From Octopus vulgaris (lineage: Eukaryota), in the NCBI GenBank assembly GCA_951406725.2, contig OX597820.1:18662001-18726000 (forward strand): a stretch of 64,000 nt of DNA. The letters are read 5' to 3'. Every line of letters begins with the position of its first letter. Position 1 is the first letter of the stretch. This document shows positions 27,116 to 39,654 of this stretch, in pieces. The notes beneath the pieces were generated by a model. It was not told the origin of the DNA, made no database searches, and saw only the letters and a list, made by a program, of their open reading frames with translations. The translations under genes and the position numbers were made by a program.

Positions 27116-27269
27116 CAACAACATTGAAAAATAACTTAGGAATGAGAACCCAGGTTCGAAATTTCCCCAAGACACCTGATGAAGGCTGGAGAGTGTATCA
27201 GCCGAAAAGTTGTGTTAACAACAAACAAGATGAGGACAAATATCCGTTGAATGTAAATAATGTAAATAA
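26961..27269 (+). mobile_element. Hammerhead-bearing tRNA-headed element, most complete copy (copy 2)
   Basis: A box TGGCGTAGTGG 26968-26978, B box GAGTTCGATTCC 27011-27022, (AAT)n about 27036-27110, hammerhead 27171-27216, (TGTAAATAA)n. Confidence 0.85.
27171..27216 (+). ncRNA. Minimal hammerhead motif
   Basis: GACAC-CTGATGA-aGGCTG..CAGCC-GAAAA-GTT-GTGTT, with a perfect 5-bp stem II. Confidence 0.75.
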
Positions 27270-27349
27270 AGTTGTGTGTCATATGAATACTTTCTTTGCC
27301 CCTGCTTCGTTAAATTATTTATCCAACACCAGGATATTAAAAAAAACGT

Positions 27350-28480
27350 ATCTGGCCATGGGGAAATATCGCCTTGCTTGGGAAATAAGTGAGGTTTGGT
27401 GATAGGAAGGGCATCCAACCATAGAAAATCGGCTTCAGTAAACACCATCTGACCCATGTGAGCATGGACATTAAAAACGATGATACCAGATAAACCCACA
27501 TCATGGCATGAAATGCAGTTAAGGGCAGGTTTGTCAAACTCCCTGATTCATCAGAACCAAACCCAGTGTGAAGAGCCTTGGCAGTAAGATGAACTGAACT
27601 GATAATCAGAGATAAGTTTTTATTTCAGATAATGTTGTAAATGGATGTCGTTAATTTTCAATATTCTGTGAAAGCAAGTCTGTCAAATGGGGAAATATCA
27701 CCTTGCTTGGAAAGAGGTAAGGGTTTGTGATTGGAAGAGTATCCAGCTGTAGAAACCATTCCAAGAACCAAATGCAGAAAGAGCTACCTTGGAAGTAGGA
27801 TGAAATAAACTGGTAATCACAGATAAATTTTTATCTGAGATAATGTTATTCATTTTCAATATTCTGTGAAAGCTGAATATGGGGAAATATTACCTTGCTT
27901 GGAAACAGTTGAGGGTTTGTGACAGGAAGGGTATCCAGCTTTAGAAAATCTGCTTCAGTCAACTATGTCTGACCCATGCAAATATGGACAATAAAAAAAA
28001 TTATACCAGATTAACACCACAAATCATGGTGTTTATCTGGATATTAATTGTGTGCCCATGCCAGAGTCACATAAAAGAGCTTGTGCCATGCAAAAATCAC
28101 CCAGCACACTTTGTGAAGTGACTGACTTTAAGAAGGGCATCAGGCTTTAGAAACCATTCCGAGAACCAAATGCAGAGAGAGCGGCCTTGGAATTAGGATG
28201 AAAGGAACTGGTAATTACAGATAAAATTTTATCAGAGATAAGGTCATTCATTTGCCATATTCTGGGAAAGCAGAATATGGGGAAATATTACCTTGCTTGT
28301 AAACATTTGAGGGTTTGTGGCAGGAAGGGTATCCAGCTGTAGAAAATCTGCTTCATTAAACTCCATCTGAGCCACATGAGCATGGGCACTAAAAACATTG
28401 ATACCAGATAAACCCACATCATGGCAAGAAACGCAATTAAGTGTAGGTTTGTCCAACTTCCTGATTCATTGGAACCAAAT

Positions 28481-28482
<2 letters not shown>
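27350..28482 (+). repeat. Local tandem duplications of RTE-tail-derived blocks
   Basis: GGGGAAATAT(C/T)(A/G)CCTTGCTT recurs near 27360, 27690, 27880 and 28280, with shared downstream blocks. Confidence 0.75.
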
Positions 28483-28515
<33 letters not shown>

Positions 28516-28751
28516 GGGGTGAGAGAGAGAAAGGTGAGGGTCATGGAATTTTAATAAAATGAATTAGTGATGCCCAAGCATGGCCACAACCTCCAAACAA
28601 AATAATGCACAAAACTAAACAGAAACAAAAAAAAATATTGTAAAATTTAATGCAACAATAATCAGCAGACTTTAAGAGAATCTATACATCCTTATGGCAC
28701 ATGTTTGTTATTTCCTATTGATCACCTTCTACTTATCTATCTATCTATCTA

Positions 28752-28796
<45 letters not shown>

Positions 28797-28803
28797 CTCT
28801 CTT

Positions 28804-28861
<58 letters not shown>

Positions 28862-28884
28862 CATTCATCCATCCATCCATCCAT

Positions 28885-28943
<59 letters not shown>

Positions 28944-29041
28944 CTTATCTCTCTCTTTCTATCTATCTATCTACTTGTCTCTCTCTCCCTCTCTCTATCT
29001 ATCAATCTACCTCTCACTCTCTCTCTCTATCTCTATTTCTC

Positions 29042-29144
<103 letters not shown>

Positions 29145-29345
29145 CTCTTTCTGTCTGTCTGTCTCTCTATATCTCTCTCTATCTTTCCTTCTCTTCCTTT
29201 TACCTTTATTCCTAACAGCTTTACTTGTAACTTTGTCAAAAGGCAGGTGATTCGGTAAAATTACTAAATGTTATAAATGTAATTCAAAGTAGGCATATAT
29301 ACAAATGTACACACAGCATACATGCATACACACACACACTAACAG

Positions 29346-29376
<31 letters not shown>

Positions 29377-29620
29377 CATCATCCATATGTACATACATAC
29401 ACATATACAACATTGTACGCTCATACATATATACATACACATATACACATATACATACAGCATACATGCCTACAATGGTTATGTTTAATATAAAATAACT
29501 TTGAAATAGTCACCTTGCTTAGCAATATACCGGTTCCAGTGTCCTTGTCACTTTTGGAATCTGGCTTGGAAGTCGTTTTCCAATGAGTTGAGGACCTGTG
29601 ATCTTGACCTTTGAGCTAGT

Positions 29621-29885
29621 GGAGGCGCGTGGCTTAGTGGTTAGGGTGCCAGCATCATGATCGTAAGATTGTGGTTTCGATTCCTGGACCAGGCGATGCG
29701 TTGTGTTCTTGAGCAAAGCACTTAATTTTCACGTTGCTCCAGTCCACTCAACTGGCAAAAATGAGTAATCCTGCGACGGACCAGCGTCCCATCCAGGTGG
29801 GGGATTTCTATGCCACTGAAACCGAGAAACCGGCCCTTATGAGCCTGGTATGGCTCGAGAAGGAACGTTACTTACTTACTTACTA
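29621..29885 (+). mobile_element. tRNA-derived SINE family D with 12-bp TSD
   Basis: Head GGAGGCGCGTGGCTTAGTGG, tail (TTAC)n, TSD ACCTTTGAGCTA at 29607-29618 and 29886-29897. Confidence 0.9.
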
Positions 29886-29920
29886 ACCTTTGAGCTACCT
29901 TTTCATCTTAAGAAAGAGAT

Positions 29921-30111
29921 GGTAGTCCTGTATCAGAACAATTACCCGACCCCCAGGACAACTGCCCCTAGGACAATTACCCCCTCCCCTTTAGTTTATT
30001 ACCCCCTTTCCAATATATTTAGAAGTTTTAAATCATCATCTGTTGTACTCAGTGGTAATTGTCCTCAGGGGGTTATTTCCATGGGTTGGGGGAGGGAAAT
30101 ATTCTAGACTC
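29921..30111. mobile_element. MITE with sub-terminal GGACAATTACC / GGTAATTGTCC inverted repeats
   Basis: Repeated (G/A)ACAA(T/C)T(A/G)CCC units at left, inverted copy at right. It interrupts the mariner reading frame. Confidence 0.6.
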
Positions 30112-30262
30112 AGAAGTCTGCAAATGCTAAAGCTGGCAAGTGGGGTGGGTGTGGAAGTGAGACTATGTTGTTTGGGGCAAGAAATTCACTAGTGAGGAGA
30201 GTTCGGTGACAGGGGGGGCATTGTCATCATGAAGAACCCATTTCATTGGTGTTCCACAGATC

Positions 30263-30662
30263 TCTCTTTACTCTTTTACTCTTTTACTTGTTTCAGTCAT
30301 TTGACTGTGGCTATGCTGGAGCATCGCCTTTAGTTGAGCAAAACGACCCCAGGACTTATTCTTTGGAAGCCTAGTACTTATTCTATTGGTCTCTTTTGCC
30401 GAACTGCTAAGTTACGGGGACGTAAACACACCAGCATCGATTGTCAAGCGATGTTGGGGGGACAAACACAGACGTATACACACACAAATACATATATACG
30501 ATGGGCTTCTTTCAGTTTCCGTCAACCAAATCCACTCACAAGGCTTTGGTCAGTCCGAGGCTATAGTAGAAGACACTTGCCCAAGCTGCCACGCAGAGAG
30601 ACTGAACCCGGAACGATGTGGTTCGTAAGCAAGCTACTTACCACACAGCCACTCCTATGCCT
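30263..30662 (-). mobile_element. SINE family A, full length
   Basis: (TCTTTTAC)n tail to CCACTCCTATGCCT head. Confidence 0.9.
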
Positions 30663-31053
30663 GTCTAGTCATTTTCGCCGGATGTCTTTCCTCAAATGCT
30701 TCAAATGGTCACAGTAGAACTCTCGATTGAGGGTCTGACCCCTGGGGGACAAATTCTTGATGCACAATATCGTGGATGTCAAGAAAAACATTATGAGCAT
30801 GTTCATGATTGAGCTGTGTCTCTGTTGGGTCATGTTGGGATGAAGAGCTCTTCCATTATGACAACTGCTATTTGGTCTCACAGTTGTACCTGTAGACCCA
30901 CCTTTCATCACCAGTGATGGTCCTCAACATGAAGGGTGATTCATCAGCTGGCATGCTGATGGAAACTTTGACAGACTTTGATGTGATGTGCTTTCTGAAA
31001 AAGAGGATATCTACGGAAAACAGCTTCGAAACCTCCATCATCTATAACTAAAC

Positions 31054-31345
31054 TATTTATTCTTTCTCATACCAATAATAATTGGAGCTCTAGATTTTGT
31101 TAGTAAATGCTTAAAGGAAAATCTGGATAAACTGGGATTTTCAGAAAGAGAAACTGACCTGCTGATTCGTACATTACAAGTCCAATCTGTGAATGGAACA
31201 GTAAAAATATGCAAGACTTTTCTCAAGTTCCAAATGTGAATTTGCATTGAATACATCCCAAAGATGGAGCCTTGTATCTTTTCTGGAAACCAGTTCCCTC
31301 CTCAGTGAAAGATTTATAATAATAGAAAAATAGAAGAGACACAAA
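31054..31345 (+). mobile_element. 3' end of an RLE-type (R2/R4-like) non-LTR retrotransposon
   Basis: Reading frame YLFFLIPIIIGALDFVSKCLKENLDKLGFSERETDLLIRTLQVQSVNGTVKICKTFLKFQM*. The P-I-I-I-G-A-L motif is typical of the restriction-like endonuclease C-terminus. Ends in (ATAC)n. Confidence 0.65.
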
Positions 31346-31372
<27 letters not shown>

Positions 31373-31376
<4 letters not shown>

Positions 31377-31505
31377 GGCTGCGCTTGGGTTCTTTGGGAA
31401 AGAATGGAAGTCCTTAATTCTTATGCTACAAATGAACAAGATAACTGGGGTTCTAAAAATTTGCAAGAACTTCAGGTTTAAAAGATGAGCAAAACACTCG
31501 TTCAT
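31373..31505 (+). mobile_element. Second, diverged RLE-type 3' fragment
   Basis: MAALGFFGKEWKSLILMLQMNKITGVLKICKNFRFKR* aligns with the preceding peptide (LGF..E...LI..LQ.....G..KICK.F). Confidence 0.55.
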
Positions 31506-32399
31506 ACATACATCCATACGCAGATGCATGAATACATGTATGTATGCATAGATGAATGCATGCATACATACATGCATACAGAAAGGTGCATAATACATTA
31601 AATAATAAGAATGTAAAAATATATAAAGCACTCCAGAAATTTAGTCTGTTCTAAGTACACACACACATGTGTGTGCATGCACACACATGCACACATATAC
31701 ATGCACATGCACGCACACACATACACATGCACACACATGCATGCACCAACACACATGCACAAATACATACACACTCACGCACCCACACACATACACGTGC
31801 ACGCACACACACACATGCACAAATGACAACACACTCATACACCCACACACACATGCACAAATAAACACACTCACGCACCCACACACACATGCACACATGC
31901 ACGCAAGCACACACAAACACACACATACATATGCACACACACACAGACACATGCACAAATAACAACACACTCACACACCCACACACACACATGCACACAC
32001 ACACACAGGCACACTCACATACGCACACAAACACATGCACAAATACATACACACTCATGCAGCCATACACACACACAAACACATACACACCTCACCTTTA
32101 ATCCCTTCAGGATCAATAAAATAAAATACACATCAGAATACTGAGGTCAGTATAACGGACACGTCACCCTCCCCTCAAAATGACTGGTCTTGGATCCTGC
32201 AACAGACAACCTACCTGTTCTGGAGAAATGTTGTCACATTGGTCAATTACACCCCATGGAAACCAGGTAAGCAGTCTTTAGAGTACAAAGGTTCAAAGAA
32301 TAATCGAACACAGTGTATGGGAATGCATGTTCGAAACAAATCAAGAAAATTTCCAATTCACTTCTTTTATGCAACAAAATTCAATACCAAATTTTTTTT

Positions 32400-32830
32400 C
32401 CAAAAATTTATTCAATTCTTCTTTCCAATCAATGAGGAAAATGTCACAGATGAAACAAATGGACTTCTAATCCAATCATATTATTGTATTCAGATATTTG
32501 CAAAGTACCCAGGTACTTTCTCTTCCAGCAATGTTAAATGATCAATGATTTAAGAACTAATATCACATTCTAAGTGGCATTCACTGTTTTAGAAAACATT
32601 TGAAAATTTCTCTTTTTCGCTTTTCTTTTGCCAAAATTTTATCAATCAATGTTGGAATATTTTATTCCTTCCTTTGCGTGTTGGTATTATTTTATTTAAA
32701 TATTCAAATATGTCAGAAAGGTATGCCAATTTTATGCAGTGAAGATTGCTTTGAATTAAATCCTGAAATTCGGTTTACTGATAGGAAAAGTTCAAACAAC
32801 ATTTCTCTCCATTCGTATACATGACAAAAC
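32400..32830 (-). pseudogene. hAT (Charlie/Buster, ZBED5-like) transposase remnant, C-terminal part
   Basis: Minus-strand peptides KLAYLSDIFEYLNK and IDHLTLLEEKVPGYF..YDWIRSPF, with stops and frameshifts. Confidence 0.75.
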
Positions 32831-32907
32831 ACTTAACTCCTTGAGAACCAGTGAGCGCCAGCGGATGAGCTGAAGCTTTAAAACCCAGCCCTAGACTCTT
32901 TACAAAT

Positions 32908-33106
32908 ATTCTTTTCTGCTCTAGGCACAAGGCCTGAAATTTTGGGGGAGTGGGGCCAGTCGATTAGGTCGATCCCAGTATGCAACTGGTACTTAATTTA
33001 TCGACCCTGAAAGGATGAAAGGCAGAATCAATCTCAGTGGAATTTGAACTCAGAATGTAAAGACATTTCACCCGGCATGCTAACATTTCTGCCAGCTCAC
33101 CGCCTT
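32908..33106 (-). mobile_element. SINE family B with CAAATATT flanking duplication, inside a TTAA-type MITE (about 32833-33242)
   Basis: CAAATATT occurs on both sides. The host begins TTAACTCCTT and ends CTGAATGCTGAAGGGTTGA. Confidence 0.7.
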
Positions 33107-33242
33107 GCAAATATTAGCGAATGCTAAGAGCACTCATGCAGGTGCCGTCTAAACATACCTGTTCTGGTGTCACATGATTGAAAACAATGTGAATAAATAA
33201 GTGCTGCGTTCGACGGAGTAATCTGAATGCTGAAGGGTTGAA

Positions 33243-33920
33243 TGATGGAGATGATGATGACAATGACGATGATGATGATGATGATGATGATGATGACAAT
33301 GAGGTTGGTGATGATGATGATGATGATGATGATGACAATGAGGTTGGTGATGATGATGATGATGATGATGACAATGAGGTTGGTGATGATGATGATGATG
33401 ATGGCGACGATGATGATGATGATAATGACAATGACAATGGTGATAACAATGTGGTTGTTGATGATGATGATGATGATGATGATGACAATGCGGTTGGTGA
33501 TGATGATGATGATGATGACGACGATGATGATGATGATAATGACAATGAGGTTGATGATGATGGTGATGATGATGATGGTGGTGGTGGTGGTGGTGGTGGT
33601 GATGATGATGATGATGATGATGAGGTTGATGATGATGATGATGATGACGATGATGATGATGATGACAATGAGGTTGATAATGACAACATGGTTGATGATG
33701 ATGGTGACGATGATGATGATAACGATAGTGATTATAATGACGATGACGATGATGACAATGTTGATGACGATGACGATGATGACGACGACGACGATGATGA
33801 TGATGAGGAGGAGGAGGAGGAGGATGACATGGTGATACTGATGATAACACAATGATGATGATGATGATGATGATACGACAACAACGAAGACAACAATGAT
33901 GCTGATGACGAGGATGACCT
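33243..33920. repeat. Compound (GAT)n
   Basis: Visible trinucleotide array. Confidence 0.95.
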
Positions 33921-33924
33921 TGAA

Positions 33925-34415
33925 TTAACCGTTTTGACACCATTCTGTCTGAGACTGCCTCTGATGATTCAATGATATAAAATTCATGTTTTAAAGAAAC
34001 CTAAATTACAACCTAACCTTATTAAAATTCAATGTTAATTTACGTCTCAAACCAGTTTTAATAACAACGAAATTATTTCACTAAACATTTTTCATTATTA
34101 TCAAAATTAAACAAAAACAAAAAGCAGGGAATTTTACCAGAAGTCTGATAATGAAAGAGTTAACCATTTTGATACCAAAATGCATAAGAATTACCCTGGG
34201 TTTATGATCCAAACTTTCTGCTTTCATCAAAATTTAATGTTAATTTATGTTCAAAAAGTGATCCAAATTAAAAACTATTGAAATTTTGTGTTAATTTGTT
34301 TCAAACTAGTAAAATGCAAAGTTATTTTACTAAATTCTTCATAATTATCGAAATTAATTGAATCAAAGGTAATTAATGTATTTCAGTGCCAGAAATATGG
34401 TAGCAAAACGGTTAA
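33925..34415. mobile_element. piggyBac-like MITE, two tandem units
   Basis: TTAA-CCGTTTTGACACC at 33925 and GGTAGCAAAACGG-TTAA ending 34415. An internal TTAA-CCATTTTGATACC at 34160 starts a similar second unit. Confidence 0.75.
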
Positions 34416-34429
34416 AATGATTTACTTTC

Positions 34430-34894
34430 AAAATGGTTCTGGGTTCAATTTGAATGTGTGGCACCTTGGGCAGGTGTCTTCAACTATTGACTCTGGCCAG
34501 CCGAAGACTTGTGAGTGGATTTTGTAGATGGAAAGTGAAAGAAGCCTGTCGTGTGTGTATGTGTGTTGTGTGTGTGTGTGTGTTGTGTGTGTATGTGTGT
34601 GTGTGCTGTGTATATGTGTGTGTGTGTGTGTTGTGTGTGTGTGTTGTGTGTGTATGTGTGTGTGTATGTGTGTGTGTGTGTGTGTGTGTTCAGTGTGTAT
34701 GTGTGTGTGTTGTGTGTGTATGTGTGTGTATATGTGTGTGTGTGTTGTGTGTGTATGTGTGTGTGTGTTTGTGTGCGTGTGTGATGTCTGTGTATGTGTG
34801 TGTTGTGCGTGTGTGTGTGCATGTTGTGTGTGTATGTGTGTGTATGTGTGTGTGTGCTGTGTATATGTGTGTGTGTGTTGTGTGTGTGTGTGTG

Positions 34895-34937
<43 letters not shown>

Positions 34938-34958
34938 CAGTGTGTATGTGTGTGTGTA

Positions 34959-34991
<33 letters not shown>

Positions 34992-35290
34992 ATGTGTGTG
35001 TGTGTTTGTGTGCGTGTGTGTTGTCTGTGTATGTGTGTGTTGTGCGTGTGTGTGTGCATGTTGTGTGTGTATGTGTGTGTATGTGTGTGTGTTGTGTGTG
35101 TTGTGTGCGTGTGTGTGTGTGTCTTTGTGCCTGCCTTTGTTCCCTACAACCATTGTTGGTTTGCTTACATTTCCGTAACTCAGCAGTTCAACGAGACAGA
35201 TCGATAGAATAAGTACCAGGCCTAACAAAAACCAAGTACTTCAAAATGGTGGTCCAGCATGGCCACAATCTAATAACCAAAACTAGTAAA
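34430..35290 (+). mobile_element. SINE family A with ~570-bp internal (GT)-rich expansion
   Basis: Head fragment 34430-34550 and tail 35125-35290 flank the microsatellite. Confidence 0.75.
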
Positions 35291-35339
35291 TCATCATCAT
35301 CATCATCATCATCGTTTAACATCCACTTTCCATGCTAGT

Positions 35340-35652
35340 GGAGGCGCCATCCAACCAAAATGCAAATATATGGGAAATTACCACCTGTATCATCTCTTGT
35401 GAAAGGTAGGAGAGTCCAGTTTGCTGGACATTGTTGTAGAGCTGAAAAAGAAGTAATTTCTACTCTTCTCCTCTGGAAGCCATCTACTCGCAACACCAGA
35501 GGGCGCACACTCTCCTACCCTGATGTAATCTCCAGGGATACAGGCATCCAGCAACAGGACCTCCGTAATGCTATGATGGACCGTGAAGTCTGGCGCAACA
35601 TAGTAAATTCCATTGTCTCGACCACGGTCGAACAATGATGATGATGATGATG
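35340..35652 (+). mobile_element. 5'-truncated RTE/RTEX-like LINE with (TGA)n tail
   Basis: Uninterrupted HPTKMQIYGKLPPVSSLVKGRRVQFAGHCCRAEKEVISTLLLW...AMMDREVWR, then stop and TGA repeats. It interrupts a family-E copy. Confidence 0.85.
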
Positions 35653-36149
35653 GGTTGGACGGTTTGACTGAGGACTGACAAACCAGATGGCTGCACCAGG
35701 CTTCAGTCTTGATCTGGCAGAGTTTCTACAGCTGGATACCCTTCCTAATGCCAACCACTCCAAGAATGTTGTGGGTGGTTTTACGTGCCACAGGCATGAG
35801 GGCCAGTCTGGCAGTACTGGCAACGACCTCGCTAGAATCTTTTTACACATGCCAATGGCACAGGTGCCAGCAAGGCGATACTGGTAACGATCCCGCTCGA
35901 ATGGTGCCTCTTGCATGCCACCGGTACGGAAGCCAGTTAGCCACTCTGGCAACGATCACGCTCGGATGGTGCTCTTAGCACCCAACTAGCATGGGGCACA
36001 AGTGCCAGTAAGGCGAAGCTGCTAACAATCACACTCGAATGGTGCCTTTTATATGCCACTGGCACAAAAGCCGGTTAGCCGCTCTGTCTACGATCACGCT
36101 CGTATGGTGCTCATGCCCGTCATCGAATTTCACTTTGATTTTGATTTCA

Positions 36150-36500
36150 ATTTCAATAACAGAAGATAAAAAGAGATGAACAGCTTTCTCCATAATTACT
36201 ACTTTCAATCCATTTCCAGGTCTTTCCACAATTAGTACTTCATCATCATCATCATCATCATCACAAAAGCTAAGAGAGATTAGCGTTTCCTCACTCTTTA
36301 TTTGGACAAAGCCATAAAGACCTTTTGTGAACGACTGATTGTGGGTGCATCATCAGTGTGTAAACAGTACAACCGAAATTGTCCGTAGCAAATTGCGTTC
36401 TTTGATGGGACTATCTAGAATTTCAAATATATCTTCACATCTGGTTTACAAAGGAAATTTTGACAAGAAGAAGAACTGCTCTATAATTTTATGAACATTA
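36150..36500 (-). pseudogene. hAT (Charlie/Buster) transposase remnant, central part
   Basis: Minus-strand EQFFF..TRCEDIFEILDS..TDDAPT and EVLIV..LKVVIMEKAV. Same strand as, and upstream of, 32400-32830. Confidence 0.6.
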
Positions 36501-36769
36501 AAAAAAAAAAGCCTGATAATTTGTACTAACTCACATCTGTTGATTTATACACACACATACACATACACACACACACATATATATACACACACACATACAT
36601 ATATATATATACACACATACATATATATAGATATATATTATACATATACATATATACACACGCATACATATACACACATATATATACACATATATATAAA
36701 CATAAGGCAGACGTTAAACAATGATGATGATACATATGCACATATACATATACATATATGCATATACAC

Positions 36770-36890
<121 letters not shown>

Positions 36891-36897
36891 TATATAA

Positions 36898-37312
36898 TGG
36901 CGCAGGAGTGGCTGTGTGGTAAGTAGCTTGCTAACCAACCACATGGTTCCGGGTTCAGTCCCACTGTGTGGCACCTTGGGCAAGTGTCTTCTGCTATAGC
37001 CCCGGGCCGACCAATGCCTTGTGAGTGGATTTGGTAGACGGAAACTGAAAGAAACCCGTCGTATATATGTATATATATATATGTGTGTGCATGTATGATT
37101 GTGTGTCTGTGTTTGTCCCCCTAGCATTGCATGACAACCGATGCTGGTGTGTTTACATCCCCGTTACTTAGTGGTTCAGCGAAAGGGACCAATAGAATAA
37201 GTACTGGGCTTACAAAAGAATAAGTCCCGGGGTCGAGTTGCTCGATTAAAGGCGGTGCTCCAGCATGACCGCAGTCAAATGACTGAAAGAAGTAAAAGAG
37301 TAAAAGAGAAAG
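36898..37312 (+). mobile_element. SINE family A, full length, young
   Basis: GGCGCAGGAGTGGCTGTGTGG..GGGTTCAGTCCC..(GTAAAAGA)n, with CpGs retained. Confidence 0.9.
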
Positions 37313-37549
37313 AGTATATATATATATATATATGCAGGAAGAAAATGAAGGAAAAATAACAGGAAGAAGTTAGTTGCTTGCACTAGTAAGCCATTAATTT
37401 AATTAATTAATAAAGAAATGTGGTAGTAATAATACATTACCTGCTACCGTACACCTTTTTCCAAGGACTATACCTACGCAGCTAATCACCAGGAGCGCCT
37501 TTGGATTTAACCATCCTTTAGAGGCTTTAAACACCTCTAACTTATACCT

Positions 37550-37600
<51 letters not shown>

Positions 37601-37601
<1 letters not shown>

Positions 37602-38460
37602 ATCAGGCTGAGTAAAAAGTAAGCAACATTATATTTCAACAATGAGGTAATTTCATTCATCAAAGTAAGTACCATTACATTCAATTCATTTTTGCCAACG
37701 AGTAACAAGTTTGTTTATTCCGGTAACATAAAAATCTGGAGTTCTGGCGCTGATAAACTCTTTGAACCCACTTTCAGCATTGGTTTGATTTTTTAACTCC
37801 TTCTCTCGCAGGAATCCGTCAAGGTGCTTGAAAAAGTGGTAGTCGGTAAGAGAAAGGTCTGGAGAATAAGCTGGATGGGGAAGAATTTTGTTGCCAAGGT
37901 CTCTCAACTTCTGGAGTTTCATTAGTGAAATATGTAGTCAAGCATTGTCATGAAGAATGATTGGTCCTTTTCTACTGACCTGTCTGGGACAGAGGAGTAG
38001 CAGTTTTCCATTTATTTTGGCAATTTCATGTCAATATATTCCTGCAGTAATGGTTTTTCTGGGTTTTAAGAGGTTATAGTGGATGAGTCTAGCAGTACAC
38101 CACCAAACAGTCACCATAACCTTCTTTTTGAAGAGCTCAGGCTTAGGGAAGGTATTCAGTGCTTCATTTTGGTCCAACCATTGTGAAGAACATTTTTTAT
38201 TATTGTACAGAATCCACTTTTCATCAAAAGTTACAATACAGTCGAGAAATGGATTGGTCTGGTTATGGAGAAGAAGTGACAGGAAAATTTAATTTCTGTG
38301 CATTTTCTAATTTTCATTCAAATCATGTGGTACCCATTGAGCTTTTTTGATTTTCCGATCGCATGTAAATGGTTGCAGGCAGTTTTCTGGCTAACTTGAA
38401 GTTCTTTTGCCAGTTCTTGAATAGTTTTATGAGGATCTTTCCCAATGATTTTTCTCAAAT
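37601..38460 (-). mobile_element. Mariner transposon, 5'-truncated and decayed
   Basis: LPHPAYSPDLSLTDYHFFKHLD..GINKLVTRWQK, plus an HTH segment KTIQELAKELQVSQKTACNHLHAIGK. Probable TIR from ATCAGGCTGAGTAAAAAGTAAG beside (TA)n. Confidence 0.9.
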
Positions 38461-38499
38461 CGTCTAACCCATGCCAGCATGGAAAGTGGACGTTAAACA

Positions 38500-38530
<31 letters not shown>

Positions 38531-39131
38531 CATTGATATATACACACACACATACGTATACATATAAATACATATACACTCACATTTATATATGGGTATG
38601 TATACATGCATATATGTACAAGGGAATAATTTCTGTATTGTAAAACATCTACAGTATGTATCAAAATATTTTGAAATTGATTGAATTTTTTTTCTCTCCT
38701 CTCCTCCAAGGAATAAATTAATCTTTTTAGTAAGTCTACAGAATGCATAACGGTGTCTGCGAATGAATGGCTGTGTTTCAATGCTCAGGTATTCAATTAT
38801 GGATGTGTGTGTACATGTGTACACCCGTGTGTGTGTATGTGTGTGAGTATGAGGGAGATAGAATGCGTGTGGGTCTGTTTGTATTAATGTCCATAAGCAT
38901 CTCCTGTGCAGCAGAATATGAATAAGTGTGTGTGTATATGTATATATATATGCGCTAATAATATATAATTGCATGTGTATTCTGTCTAAAGTAAATATGT
39001 TTTATTTATGCACATATGTGCATACATAACGATATATATATGTGTGTGTGCATACACTCTATACACGCACATATATATGTATATATATAAATATATATGT
39101 ATATATATGCATATATATATTTATATATATA

Positions 39132-39167
<36 letters not shown>

Positions 39168-39455
39168 ATTGTGTGTATGAATATATATATATATATACAC
39201 ACATAATTATTCATACATGAATATAGATATATCTATAGGCAATATGTGCATAGGTATATATGTCTACACACACATATATATATATATATGCATGTATGTA
39301 TGTGTGTATATATATATATATATATATTACTTATTTTTATACATATGTACACGTAAATATATATATGCATATATTTGTATATCAATATATGTATACATGC
39401 GCATACATGTGTATACATATGTATACATGTACATATATATTTGTATGTCTGTATT

Positions 39456-39492
<37 letters not shown>

Positions 39493-39654
39493 ATATGTTA
39501 CATGTATGTATTAGCATATGTGTTTCTGTTGTATAAATATATAGAAAAATGAAAAAAAAACTAATGTATGTTAGTAATTAGTAACATTTTAGATGTATAT
39601 AGATGGATCCTTGTACCATGAAAACAATTTTACTTTTTCTTCTTTCTCTCCTGC

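Larger units (their letters stand above)
29490..31000 (-). mobile_element. Decayed mariner (DD34D-type) transposon split by three insertions
   Basis: Minus-strand fragments in order: GQTLNREFYCDHLKHLRKDIRRK (30669-30740), WVLHDDNAP..LPHPPHLPALAFADF (30112-30260), LFLKMK (~29900), HWNRYIAKQGDYFK (~29500-29550). Confidence 0.85.

Noticed and set aside
32200-32590. Apparent splice sites suggesting a host exon
   Set aside because: Most of the interval is a stop-ridden hAT transposase remnant, and no clean open frame links the sites.
33114-33943. Poly-Asp/His/Ser ORFs (also 11453-12049, 13009-13606, 39578-40283, 57975-58664)
   Set aside because: Trinucleotide microsatellites open in most frames, with no domain or splice support.
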